A stretch of DNA of 41,331 nucleotides, from NCBI GenBank assembly GCA_030621105.1, contig JAUXIH010000001.1:1-41331 (forward strand). Direction: 5' to 3'. Positions 26,343-34,325 of this stretch are shown here, one piece after another. Origin of the DNA: Dehalococcoidia bacterium. Its GTDB lineage: Bacteria > Chloroflexota > Dehalococcoidia > GIF9 > AB-539-J10. The notes beneath the pieces are model-generated. The model worked only from the letters and a program-made list of their open reading frames with translations. It made no database searches and was not told where the DNA came from. The position numbers and the translations under genes are program-made. How positions within the stretch are numbered: position 1 is the first letter of the stretch; each line of letters opens with the position of its first letter.

Positions 26343-26867
26343 ATGAGAATCCTCCGCGACGTCGGTATAACCATACTCATAGCTTTGGCTATATTTACTC
26401 TACTGAGAGTTACTATGCAAGGTTATACTGTAGAATATTGTTGCATGGTTCCCAATATCCAAGACGGTGATTGGGTCGTGGTAAATAAAGCAAGCTATTT
26501 TTTCTCAGAACCCAAGCGCGGCGATGTTATAGTATTTCACCCCCCAGAGGAACTCAGTTCAAATAACCCTTTCATTAAACGAATTATCGGGCTACCCCAA
26601 GAAACAGTGGAGATCAAGAATAACAAGGTTTTCATCAATGGCATTCCTCTGGAGGAAAAATACGTCAATGAGCCTCCATACTACACTATGCCTCTCAAAC
26701 AAATCCCTGAAGATGAGTACTTTGTGCTTGGGGACAATCGCAATCACAGCAATGATTCCCATACAGGATGGACAGTGCCACGGGAGGAAATAGTAGGTAA
26801 AGCTTACCTTATCTATTGGCCAGCAGATAGGTGGGGAATCATACATGGATATAGCTATGCGAGTTGA
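26343..26867 (+). CDS. lepB: Signal peptidase I homologue (Cys at the nucleophile position)
   Basis: N-terminal TM helix, then box B as YCCMVPNI (normally SM.PT), box D FIKRIIGLP and box E GDNRNHSNDSH. Confidence 0.75.
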   Translation: MRILRDVGITILIALAIFTLLRVTMQGYTVEYCCMVPNIQDGDWVVVNKASYFFSEPKRGDVIVFHPPEELSSNNPFIKRIIGLPQETVEIKNNKVFINGIPLEEKYVNEPPYYTMPLKQIPEDEYFVLGDNRNHSNDSHTGWTVPREEIVGKAYLIYWPADRWGIIHGYSYAS

Positions 26868-26915
26868 AATCAGCAAATTGACAACATCTCTCTATCCCCC
26901 AGCAGGAGGTAACAA

Positions 26916-27485
26916 TTGAGCAACGATGTATTCGAAATGTTCAAAGCAGCTGGAGCGGTAAAACAAGGGCACTTCCTACTTTCTTCAGGTCTGCACTCAG
27001 ATGTGTACTGGGAAAAATTCCGCATCCTGCAATATCCACATTATACCGAGAAGTTATGTCATCTTATCAGTCAACATTTCAAGAAACACCACATAGACCT
27101 TGTTATTGGTCCAACTACTGGTGGCATCATCCTTAGTTTTGAAACTGCTCGCCAGCTTGGCGTGAGGGGCATCTTCGCCGAAAAGCAAGGGGGGGGGAGA
27201 GCACTGCGGCGCGACTTCAATATTGCGATTGGCGAGCGGATACTTATCGTTGATGACATATTAACTACAGGTAGCTCAGTCAAGGAAACAATTAGAGTAG
27301 TGAATCAACTTGGCGGCATAGTTGTGGGTATCGGAGTACTTGTTAACCGTGGCTCAAAAAAAAAGCTAGATTTTGGCGCTCCCCTCTTCAGTTGCTTGCA
27401 GGCACCCACTACAGTTTATTCTCCTCAGGACTGTCCCTTGTGTGCTGCCAACATTCCCTTGACCAGACCTGGTAGTCAAAACTAA
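26916..27485 (+). CDS. pyrE: Orotate phosphoribosyltransferase
   Basis: GHFLLSSGLHSDVYWE N-terminal motif and PRPP loop ILIVDDILTTGSS. TTG start 6 nt after AGGAGG. Confidence 0.75.
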   Translation: MSNDVFEMFKAAGAVKQGHFLLSSGLHSDVYWEKFRILQYPHYTEKLCHLISQHFKKHHIDLVIGPTTGGIILSFETARQLGVRGIFAEKQGGGRALRRDFNIAIGERILIVDDILTTGSSVKETIRVVNQLGGIVVGIGVLVNRGSKKKLDFGAPLFSCLQAPTTVYSPQDCPLCAANIPLTRPGSQN

Positions 27486-27721
27486 AATCGTACACTACTA
27501 AACACTGGTAATCAGATTAACATGTATTCAACTCATCCTACCAAGAGCCCACCCGCCTGAATTCATACAACGACTAATCGCCGCTTTATACAAATTTCAT
27601 ATTTATTAAGGGGTAAGAGTATAATTAAACAGAACCTTAGCTATAAGAATATCAGACGTGAATTGTATCACTATGGCAGACACGAGAAATCGAAGACCAC
27701 ACATGAAAGGAGGGATAAACA

Positions 27722-28117
27722 GTGAAGATTGTAGCCGTTAGTGGAGGATTTGATCCTCTCCACATTGGCCATATACAAATGATAAACGAAGCAGCCAAAT
27801 ATGGCAAAGTGATTGTTATCTTGAACAACGATCACTTTTTGTTACGGCAAAAGGGTTATATATTTATGCCTCAGGAAGAGAGAAAAGAAATTCTTGAATC
27901 TCTCAAAAACGTAAGCAGAGTTGTCATAGCAGTTGACGAAGATGAGTCTGTATGCAAAACGCTCGAAGTACTCAAGCCTGACATATTCGCTAATGGCGGA
28001 GATAAGACGCCTGACACTATATTGGAAAGTGAAGTTTGTAATAGGCTAGGTGTTAAAATGTTGTTTGGTGTAGGAGGAAAAAAAATACAGTGGAATGCAC
28101 CTGCGTCTAAGGCATAA
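27722..28117 (+). CDS. Cytidylyl/adenylyltransferase family protein (RfaE domain II / TagD / RibL-like)
   Basis: GGFDPLHIGHI (HxGH nucleotidyltransferase motif). 131 aa. GTG start after AAAGGAGGG. Substrate not assignable. Confidence 0.7.
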   Translation: MKIVAVSGGFDPLHIGHIQMINEAAKYGKVIVILNNDHFLLRQKGYIFMPQEERKEILESLKNVSRVVIAVDEDESVCKTLEVLKPDIFANGGDKTPDTILESEVCNRLGVKMLFGVGGKKIQWNAPASKA

Positions 28118-28199
28118 TTTTTATCTGTCATGCCCTACTGCAGGCATAACTTATAATATGTCCAGTTACGGAGTTTGCCGTATTCTGTAGTTCTGCTAA

Positions 28200-28228
28200 T
28201 TGACCTGAAGCTGATGCTATGATAGATT
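28200..28228 (+). promoter_or_regulatory. Candidate promoter of the tRNA cluster
   Basis: TTGACC (28200-28205), 17-nt spacer, TAGATT (28223-28228). tRNA-Phe begins at 28237. Confidence 0.4.
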
Positions 28229-28236
28229 TCACTCGC

Positions 28237-28309
<73 letters not shown>

Positions 28310-28312
28310 TTG

Positions 28313-28387
28313 GCGGAAGTAGTTCAGCGGTAGAACGCCTCCTTGCCAAGGAGGAGGTCGCGGGTTCGAATCCCGTCTTCCGCTCCA
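28313..28387 (+). tRNA. tRNA-Gly (anticodon GCC)
   Basis: GCGGAAG/CTTCCGC acceptor, anticodon loop TTGCCAA, T-loop TTCGAAT. CCA encoded. Confidence 0.9.
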
Positions 28388-28390
28388 TAT

Positions 28391-28475
28391 GCCGGAGTGG
28401 CGGAATGGTAGACGCGGCAGTCTCAAAAACTGTTGGGGGGCAGCTCCCGTGTCGGTTCGAATCCGACCTTCGGCA
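28391..28475 (+). tRNA. tRNA-Leu (anticodon CAA)
   Basis: GCCGGAG/CTTCGGC acceptor, anticodon loop CTCAAAA, long variable arm. 85 nt. CCA not encoded. Confidence 0.9.
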
Positions 28476-28487
28476 TGGAAAGTGTGA

Positions 28488-28558
28488 TGCCGAGTTGTGT
28501 AGTGGTAGCACGGGGGACTTTGGATCCCTTAGCCCTGGTTCGAATCCAGGCTCGGCAG
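28488..28558 (+). tRNA. tRNA-Gln (anticodon TTG)
   Basis: TGCCGAG/CTCGGCA acceptor (U1-A72), anticodon loop CTTTGGA, T-loop TTCGAAT. CCA not encoded. Confidence 0.88.
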
Positions 28559-28567
28559 CAATTATAT

Positions 28568-28642
28568 TCCTCGGTAGCTCAATGGTAGAGTAGGCGGCTG
28601 TTAACCGCTTGGTTGCAGGTTCGAGTCCTGCCCGAGGAGCCA
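28568..28642 (+). tRNA. tRNA-Asn (anticodon GTT)
   Basis: TCCTCGG/CCGAGGA acceptor, anticodon loop CTGTTAA, T-loop TTCGAGT. CCA encoded. Confidence 0.9.
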
Positions 28643-28651
28643 GACAGTAAT

Positions 28652-28667
28652 CCACCAACTATGGTGG
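28652..28667 (+). terminator. Small hairpin after the tRNA cluster
   Basis: CCACCA-acta-TGGTGG followed by TTATTATTT. Confidence 0.35.
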
Positions 28668-28686
28668 TTATTATTTAAGGTAAGAT

Positions 28687-28708
28687 CCCAAAGGAATATC
28701 CCTTTGGG
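28687..28708 (+). terminator. Hairpin terminator candidate between the tRNA cluster and convergent metF
   Basis: CCCAAAGG/CCTTTGGG 8-bp stem, followed by TTCTTACTATT. Confidence 0.5.
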
Positions 28709-28866
28709 TTCTTACTATTCCTGCTTCATTCACAGGGTTACCCCCTCGTACATCTCCTCGATTCTCTATTCCAAAATGACCCTTACAACCAAAGAAATAT
28801 CTAATCGACATTTCCCAGAACAAATTAGATGCTAGCTTCTATAACATTCTCCCAGAACATGGCATA

Positions 28867-29742
28867 TTAATCGGTTATTGCACTAAGGTTATCTAGTATC
28901 CTTGCCACCACATCGCTTTGATTCATGGTGAAAAAGTGAAAATAGCGAACGCCACTATGTAATAAATCTTCACACTGCCTTATGGCAAGTTCTATAGCTA
29001 CCTTCTCAGCATCCTCCCTGGAATTACCGGCTTGCTCCATACTACGCACCACATTCTCGGGGAGTGTAACCCCACATCTCTGGCTGAATCTCTTGACCCT
29101 GCTAATGGGGACAGCAGGCATTATTCCCGCAATAATGGGTATCTTAATGTTTCTACTTTGTACTCTATCCATGAAATCATAGAAATAACTATTTTGAAAG
29201 AACATCTGGGTAATGGCAAAATCAGAGCCAGCCTCAACCTTCTCCTTTACATAGCTCATATCCATATCCAAATTTGGAGACTCAGTGTGTCCCTCGGGAT
29301 ATACTGCTACGCCAATAGAGAATTCCCCCATCGACGACGCAAGCTCAACCAAATTCTTAGCATAACGAAATCCACCTGCAGGAGGACAAAATTCCCCTGC
29401 CCTAGGATAAGGGTCTCCTCTGAGGGCCAGAATATTTTCAATACCAAGGGCACGGTAATTCTCCAGAGTTTCTCTGAGCTGGGATTCGTTTTGCTCCACA
29501 CAGGTAAGGTGAGGCATGGGCTCTAACGAGGTATTGTCCTTGATATAAGTCACCACACGCTTGGTACTTTCTAGACTGTTGGGAACAGAGCTTTGCTGAG
29601 TAATGGAAACAAATGTTGGTTGAAATTTTCCCAGCGTCGCGATAGCTTTGTCTAATCCTACCTTTCCCTGACTATCTCTCGGGACAAAGAATTCGAAGGA
29701 CAAGCTTCGCCCGTCTTGTTTTAAGGCTTTATGTATTTTCAT
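28867..29742 (-). CDS. metF: Methylenetetrahydrofolate reductase
   Basis: 291 aa. SFEFFVP N-terminal motif, LRGDP, and the TQMFF-type motif (ITQMFFQ). Confidence 0.85.
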   Translation of the reverse strand: MKIHKALKQDGRSLSFEFFVPRDSQGKVGLDKAIATLGKFQPTFVSITQQSSVPNSLESTKRVVTYIKDNTSLEPMPHLTCVEQNESQLRETLENYRALGIENILALRGDPYPRAGEFCPPAGGFRYAKNLVELASSMGEFSIGVAVYPEGHTESPNLDMDMSYVKEKVEAGSDFAITQMFFQNSYFYDFMDRVQSRNIKIPIIAGIMPAVPISRVKRFSQRCGVTLPENVVRSMEQAGNSREDAEKVAIELAIRQCEDLLHSGVRYFHFFTMNQSDVVARILDNLSAITD

Positions 29743-29938
29743 CTGTATATCTCTATTCTCCCAACACCATTTATCATCCTGTCATTATACCTTTTTGTAG
29801 TGTTACCATAAACGCCTGACATTAGTCACTATTTTAGTTATCACTCAAGTGACACGAAGTAGTAAAATAGACATACCTGTATCACATTTGATAGGGAAAA
29901 ATCTATATCTGAAGAACCAACACAATAAGGAGGTAGAC

Positions 29939-30400
29939 ATGTTTTCTAGAGAATGGCTTATATACGTCTTTGGACGATGGGTTCTCCTGTCAGGAATTGC
30001 TGGTGCTCTAATTCAATATCTCTTCTCTGACAAATTTCTCATTCCCACTATACCCGCATTTCTGTTGAACCAATTCCTTCTGGCATGTGTCTTCTGGTAC
30101 GTCGACAGATATATATTCCAGCGTCATTTCGGTCGAGTGAAAGAGATCTTCAAATTTCCTCGTATAAAAGGAACCTTCGACATTAATGATCAATTCAGCA
30201 AAATATCACAGGAATTCTCCGAATATGCCGAAGACTACGAGAAAACCCCTAATAACCCCCACGCCTGGTTGAATCGTTTTCTGGACCTGGCCCATGCTGT
30301 TGAAATGACCGAGAGAGTATTAAGAGATAAGGGTATTAATGTAGATGCAGAGTACTACTCGATTATAAAAGAAAACCAGAGGAGAGGACTATACAGCTAA
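29939..30400 (+). CDS. Hypothetical membrane-anchored protein (two N-terminal TM helices plus a helical soluble domain)
   Basis: The ATG at 29939 sits 6 nt after AAGGAGG; the track GTG at 29849 has no SD. No recognisable family. Confidence 0.5.
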   Translation: MFSREWLIYVFGRWVLLSGIAGALIQYLFSDKFLIPTIPAFLLNQFLLACVFWYVDRYIFQRHFGRVKEIFKFPRIKGTFDINDQFSKISQEFSEYAEDYEKTPNNPHAWLNRFLDLAHAVEMTERVLRDKGINVDAEYYSIIKENQRRGLYS

Positions 30401-30697
30401 AATATGAGTCTTGGCCCCTTAAATATGGAAATATAAACTCGTAACCAATTTGGAAACCGAACCAGCGAATGAAAAACGGTAATTCATCGATATTGCTGTC
30501 GGCAAGATTACTCCCCTAAGACCAAATTCCCCTACTGTCAAACCCTTTCATCACCAAGTTCATTCCTTCTGCATCTGATATACTAATAACGTCAAGGAAC
30601 ATAATGCTATAGTATTATGTAAAATACATCACTGGTTGGTAAATCCAGTGGCAAAGCAATACCAAATTGAGTTAAAGTACAACCTGTCACACATTCT

Positions 30698-31291
30698 ATG
30701 ACTGCTCCACAGCAAAAAATAAACGTAATGGAAAAGAAAGAACTACTCATTAACAAAAGAAAACTTTCAATAGCACAAGGAGATATCACAAGCCAAGCTA
30801 CTGATGCAATAGTCAATGCTGCCAACTCGAGTTTAATGGGTGGTGGAGGAGTAGACGGCGCCATACACCAGGCAGGGGGACCTGCTATCCTCGATGCATG
30901 TAAGCAAATAGTTTCCCAACAAGGATTGCTGCCAACAGGTAAAGCAGTGATAACCACAGGAGGGAATCTGAAGGCAAAGTATGTCATACATACCGTCGGG
31001 CCTGTTTGGCGTGGAGGTAACAACAACGAATCCACCCTGTTAAAAAGTTCCTATGTCGAGTGTCTCAAAATAGCAGAAAGAAGCAACCTTACCAGTATTT
31101 CTTTTCCCTCTATAAGCACCGGAGCTTATGCTTACCCCACAAGTGAGGCAGCAAGAATAGCAATAAAAGCTGTGGTTTCATTCCTCAAGGAACAGGCCAG
31201 ATCCATCAGCACAGTAGTGTTCGTTTTGTTTGATTCCAAAACTTACAACAGCTACTGCTCTGCTCTACAAGAGATAGCTAACCATACTTAA
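30698..31291 (+). CDS. Macro domain protein (O-acetyl-ADP-ribose deacetylase / ADP-ribose binding, YmdB-type)
   Basis: GDITSQATDAIVNAANSSLMGGGGVDGAIHQAGG, IHTVGPVW and SFPSISTGAY. An alternative start is at 30728. Confidence 0.85.
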   Translation: MTAPQQKINVMEKKELLINKRKLSIAQGDITSQATDAIVNAANSSLMGGGGVDGAIHQAGGPAILDACKQIVSQQGLLPTGKAVITTGGNLKAKYVIHTVGPVWRGGNNNESTLLKSSYVECLKIAERSNLTSISFPSISTGAYAYPTSEAARIAIKAVVSFLKEQARSISTVVFVLFDSKTYNSYCSALQEIANHT

Positions 31292-31304
31292 TGAAACCAT
31301 ATAA

Positions 31305-31529
31305 CTATTCCCCGTGATACTTAGTAAATAAGCGATAGATGCATCTATGAGAGCCTTCCCTAGGATTAATCGCAGAAACCCCTCTCTTTTTGAAAGGAAT
31401 GCCATCACGTTCACAGCAAAACATCACATAGACTATGAGCCTTCCACTCCTCTCATCGTGTTCAATCCCTTCAGGCAGATTTGAGCCCCTTACCATAGCC
31501 ATATTATAATGAACGCCGTAGGGAGACAA
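31305..31529 (-). CDS. Hypothetical small protein (uncertain)
   Basis: 74-aa ORF with a TTG start, head to head with prfA (6-nt gap). No recognised motifs. An internal ATG start is possible. Confidence 0.3.
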   Translation of the reverse strand: MSPYGVHYNMAMVRGSNLPEGIEHDERSGRLIVYVMFCCERDGIPFKKRGVSAINPREGSHRCIYRLFTKYHGE

Positions 31530-31535
31530 TAAACC

Positions 31536-32594
31536 ATGCTCAACCGATTAAAATTAATGCAGAAACGCTATGATGAACTTACTGCACTCATCGCAAAGCC
31601 AGAGATAGCAAGCAATCCTCAACAATTACAGAAGCTGGCCAAGGAAAGATCTGAACTCGAAGATATCGTCGCAGCCTACCAAGAATATAATCACAGCCAC
31701 GAGGAACTAATAGCAACAGAAGCCTTACTAAAAACCAACACTGATGCAGAAATGATAATGCTTATCCAGGAAGAGACGCGAAATCTTAAACACCGGCAGG
31801 ACGAACTCCTACATCAGATCAAATTATCCCTACTGCCAAAAGATCTCAGAGACAATAAAGATGTAATTGTTGAGATCAGGGCTGGTGCAGGGGGTGAGGA
31901 AGCCAGCCTCTTCGCTGCAGATCTCTTCCGTATGTATAGCCGCTATGCACAAACTAAAGGATGGCAAACAAAAATTATGGACGCAAGACCAAGTGGGGTC
32001 AGCGGCTTCAAAGAAGTCATATTCGAAATAAAAGGCAGGGGGGCTTTCAGCCGGCTGAAATACGAACGTGGCGTTCACAGGGTACAGAGAGTGCCTCTTA
32101 CCGAGGCATCAGGGCGAACTCATACCTCAACAGCTACTGTGGCTGTATTACCAGAGGCAAAAGATATTGATCTGCATATCAATTCCACCGATATTAAGCT
32201 AGATTTTTTCCACAGTGGTGGTGCTGGGGGGCAAAATGTAAATAAATTAGCTACAGCAGTGCGCATTACACACATCCCCAGTGGCATAGTAGCTACTTGC
32301 CAAGACGAGCGTTCGCAATTGAAAAACAGAACAAAGGCGATGGCAGTACTACGAGCCAGGCTACTTGACATGGAACAGCGCAAGCAATCCGCAACAGTGG
32401 ATTCAGAACGAAGATCCCAGGTTGGTAGTGGTGACAGAGCAGAGAAAATACGCACCTACAATTTCGCTCAGGATCGCGTCACTGACCACAGAATCAACTC
32501 AAGCTTTCATAATCTGCCTAAAATCCTGGATGGAGAGCTCGACGAGATCACCGACGCTTTAATTGCTAAAGAACAAATAGCCCAACAATCATAA
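31536..32594 (+). CDS. prfA: Peptide chain release factor 1
   Basis: GGQ motif ([11 protein letters not shown]). RF1-type recognition loop region [17 protein letters not shown]. Confidence 0.95.
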   Translation: MLNRLKLMQKRYDELTALIAKPEIASNPQQLQKLAKERSELEDIVAAYQEYNHSHEELIATEALLKTNTDAEMIMLIQEETRNLKHRQDELLHQIKLSLLPKDLRDNKDVIVEIRAGAGGEEASLFAADLFRMYSRYAQTKGWQTKIMDARPSGVSGFKEVIFEIKGRGAFSRLKYERGVHRVQRVPLTEASGRTHTSTATVAVLPEAKDIDLHINSTDIKLDFFHSGGAGGQNVNKLATAVRITHIPSGIVATCQDERSQLKNRTKAMAVLRARLLDMEQRKQSATVDSERRSQVGSGDRAEKIRTYNFAQDRVTDHRINSSFHNLPKILDGELDEITDALIAKEQIAQQS

Positions 32595-32605
32595 ACTGAC
32601 TTCGC

Positions 32606-33499
32606 ATGAATGTAAGAAAAGCCTTGTGTTTGATTCGACATATCCTGAGTTCAGGGAATATCGATGATGTCTTTATAGAAGCTGAAGCATTGTTATGTCA
32701 TGTTCTTGATACAAGCAAAACACAGTTATACACAGAGCCTGAAAGAACACTCACGCCTGAGGAAACAAGTCATCTAAAAAGTATCATTCGGCGGCGCCTT
32801 CAACATGAGCCAACTCCTTATATCTCAGGTTATTGCAGCTTTTATAACATTGACCTGCGTGTTAACCATCATGTATTAATTCCTAGACCAGAAACAGAGA
32901 CCCTTATACAGGAAGCTATTGATTGCATCAGCCCTATCAGCAAGGAGAATGCATACACCATAGCTGATATTGGTACAGGAAGTGGCGCCATCGCTATCAG
33001 CCTTTCCCTGGCTTTGCCCCAAGCCACAATTTACGCCACAGACATCTCTGGTCCAGCCTTGCAGGTAGCTAAAATGAATTGCCAAAGGTATAAGTTATGT
33101 GACAAGATTACATTTCTCCAAGGCAACTTGCTTGAGCCATTGCCCAAGCCTGTAGATATGATAGTGGCGAACTTGCCTTATGTAGAAAATTCCGAGTTAA
33201 CAAAACTAAGCCAGGAAATAAGAGACTTTGAACCAAGATTAGCTTTGGCCGGTGGCGATGATGGGTTGGATATTATAAGACAACTGTTACTCCAGGCACC
33301 TGATAAACTCCACCACCAAGGTTCTCTGCTTATGGAAATAGGGCAAGGACAGGCAGAAAAAATTAGCTCACTGGTGCACAAATACCATCCTCAAGCCACA
33401 ATCAAACTAATTCCTGATTTCAGAGGAATATATAGGGTAGTTAAAGTTCAGCCTGAGGGCAGGCACAGTAACCCATCTCCGTGTTTTTCTATCAATTAG
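32606..33499 (+). CDS. prmC: Release factor glutamine N5-methyltransferase
   Basis: SAM motif DIGTGSGAIAISL. The substrate motif reads NLPY (IVANLPYV) at the NPPY position. Lies directly after prfA. Confidence 0.88.
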   Translation: MNVRKALCLIRHILSSGNIDDVFIEAEALLCHVLDTSKTQLYTEPERTLTPEETSHLKSIIRRRLQHEPTPYISGYCSFYNIDLRVNHHVLIPRPETETLIQEAIDCISPISKENAYTIADIGTGSGAIAISLSLALPQATIYATDISGPALQVAKMNCQRYKLCDKITFLQGNLLEPLPKPVDMIVANLPYVENSELTKLSQEIRDFEPRLALAGGDDGLDIIRQLLLQAPDKLHHQGSLLMEIGQGQAEKISSLVHKYHPQATIKLIPDFRGIYRVVKVQPEGRHSNPSPCFSIN

Positions 33500-33514
33500 A
33501 CTTTTTAAGTAAAA

Positions 33515-34303
33515 GTGAATGCCGAAATGACCGATATTAACCAGCGAATCGAGACCCTGGCTAATCTTATTCTGCAGGTAAAGCATATAGTGATATTTAC
33601 AGGTGCCGGTATTAGCACAGAGTCAGGCATATCCGACTACCGCGGCCCTACAGGAATGTGGAAGAAATATAATCCTGCGGACTTCACCATTCAAAAGTTT
33701 CTCAGTAGTTACGAAACACGAAGGCAACGCTGGCAAATGCTTATCGAGGGTGGACTTGCTTTGAACGCACAGCCTAATCGTGCGCATAAAGCTATCGCTG
33801 AATTAGATGGATTGGGTAAGCTAGATTGTATTATTACCCAGAATATAGACAACCTTCATCAAAGAGCGGGAGTTTCCGAAAACAAAATCTTTGAGCTACA
33901 TGGCAACATGCGGCGAGTAATATGCTTAGATTGCCACCATATTTTCACTATCGAAGAAGTAATGGAAAAGATTAAGAAAGGAATAGAGGTTCCTGATTGT
34001 CCTGATTGTCACGGCCTTCTGAAACCAGATGTTGTTTTCTTTGGCGAACAACTACCCCAAAAAACATTAGAACAAGCGATACATTATTCACAAAATTGTG
34101 ATTTATTCATAGCTATAGGTTCAACACTATCAGTCTACCCTGCTGCCTACATGCCTCTATATGCTATCAATTCTGGAGCTAAACTGGCTATCATAAATCT
34201 CAGCCCAACAGAGCTTGACAGCTACGCTACTATCCTGATACCAGGTAAAGCAGGAGAAGTCATGACAACCCTTCTTCACATAGTGAGGAACAAAATATCC
34301 TAG
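33515..34303 (+). CDS. cobB: NAD-dependent protein deacylase (Sir2 family)
   Basis: GAGISTESGISDYRG, QNIDNLHQRAG, catalytic His in ELHGN, Zn ribbon CLDC...CPDCHG, and LKPDVVFFGE. Confidence 0.9.
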   Translation: MNAEMTDINQRIETLANLILQVKHIVIFTGAGISTESGISDYRGPTGMWKKYNPADFTIQKFLSSYETRRQRWQMLIEGGLALNAQPNRAHKAIAELDGLGKLDCIITQNIDNLHQRAGVSENKIFELHGNMRRVICLDCHHIFTIEEVMEKIKKGIEVPDCPDCHGLLKPDVVFFGEQLPQKTLEQAIHYSQNCDLFIAIGSTLSVYPAAYMPLYAINSGAKLAIINLSPTELDSYATILIPGKAGEVMTTLLHIVRNKIS

Positions 34304-34325
34304 TATCTTTTCCCTGCTGGGTCCG

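Noticed and set aside
30698-34303. The Sir2 and macro-domain genes as a phage-defence module (Thoeris/DSR-like)
   Set aside because: The Sir2 protein is a short canonical sirtuin with a Zn ribbon and the catalytic His. It has no SLOG, TIR, HerA or large N-terminal sensor partner. The flanking genes are housekeeping genes (prfA, prmC).
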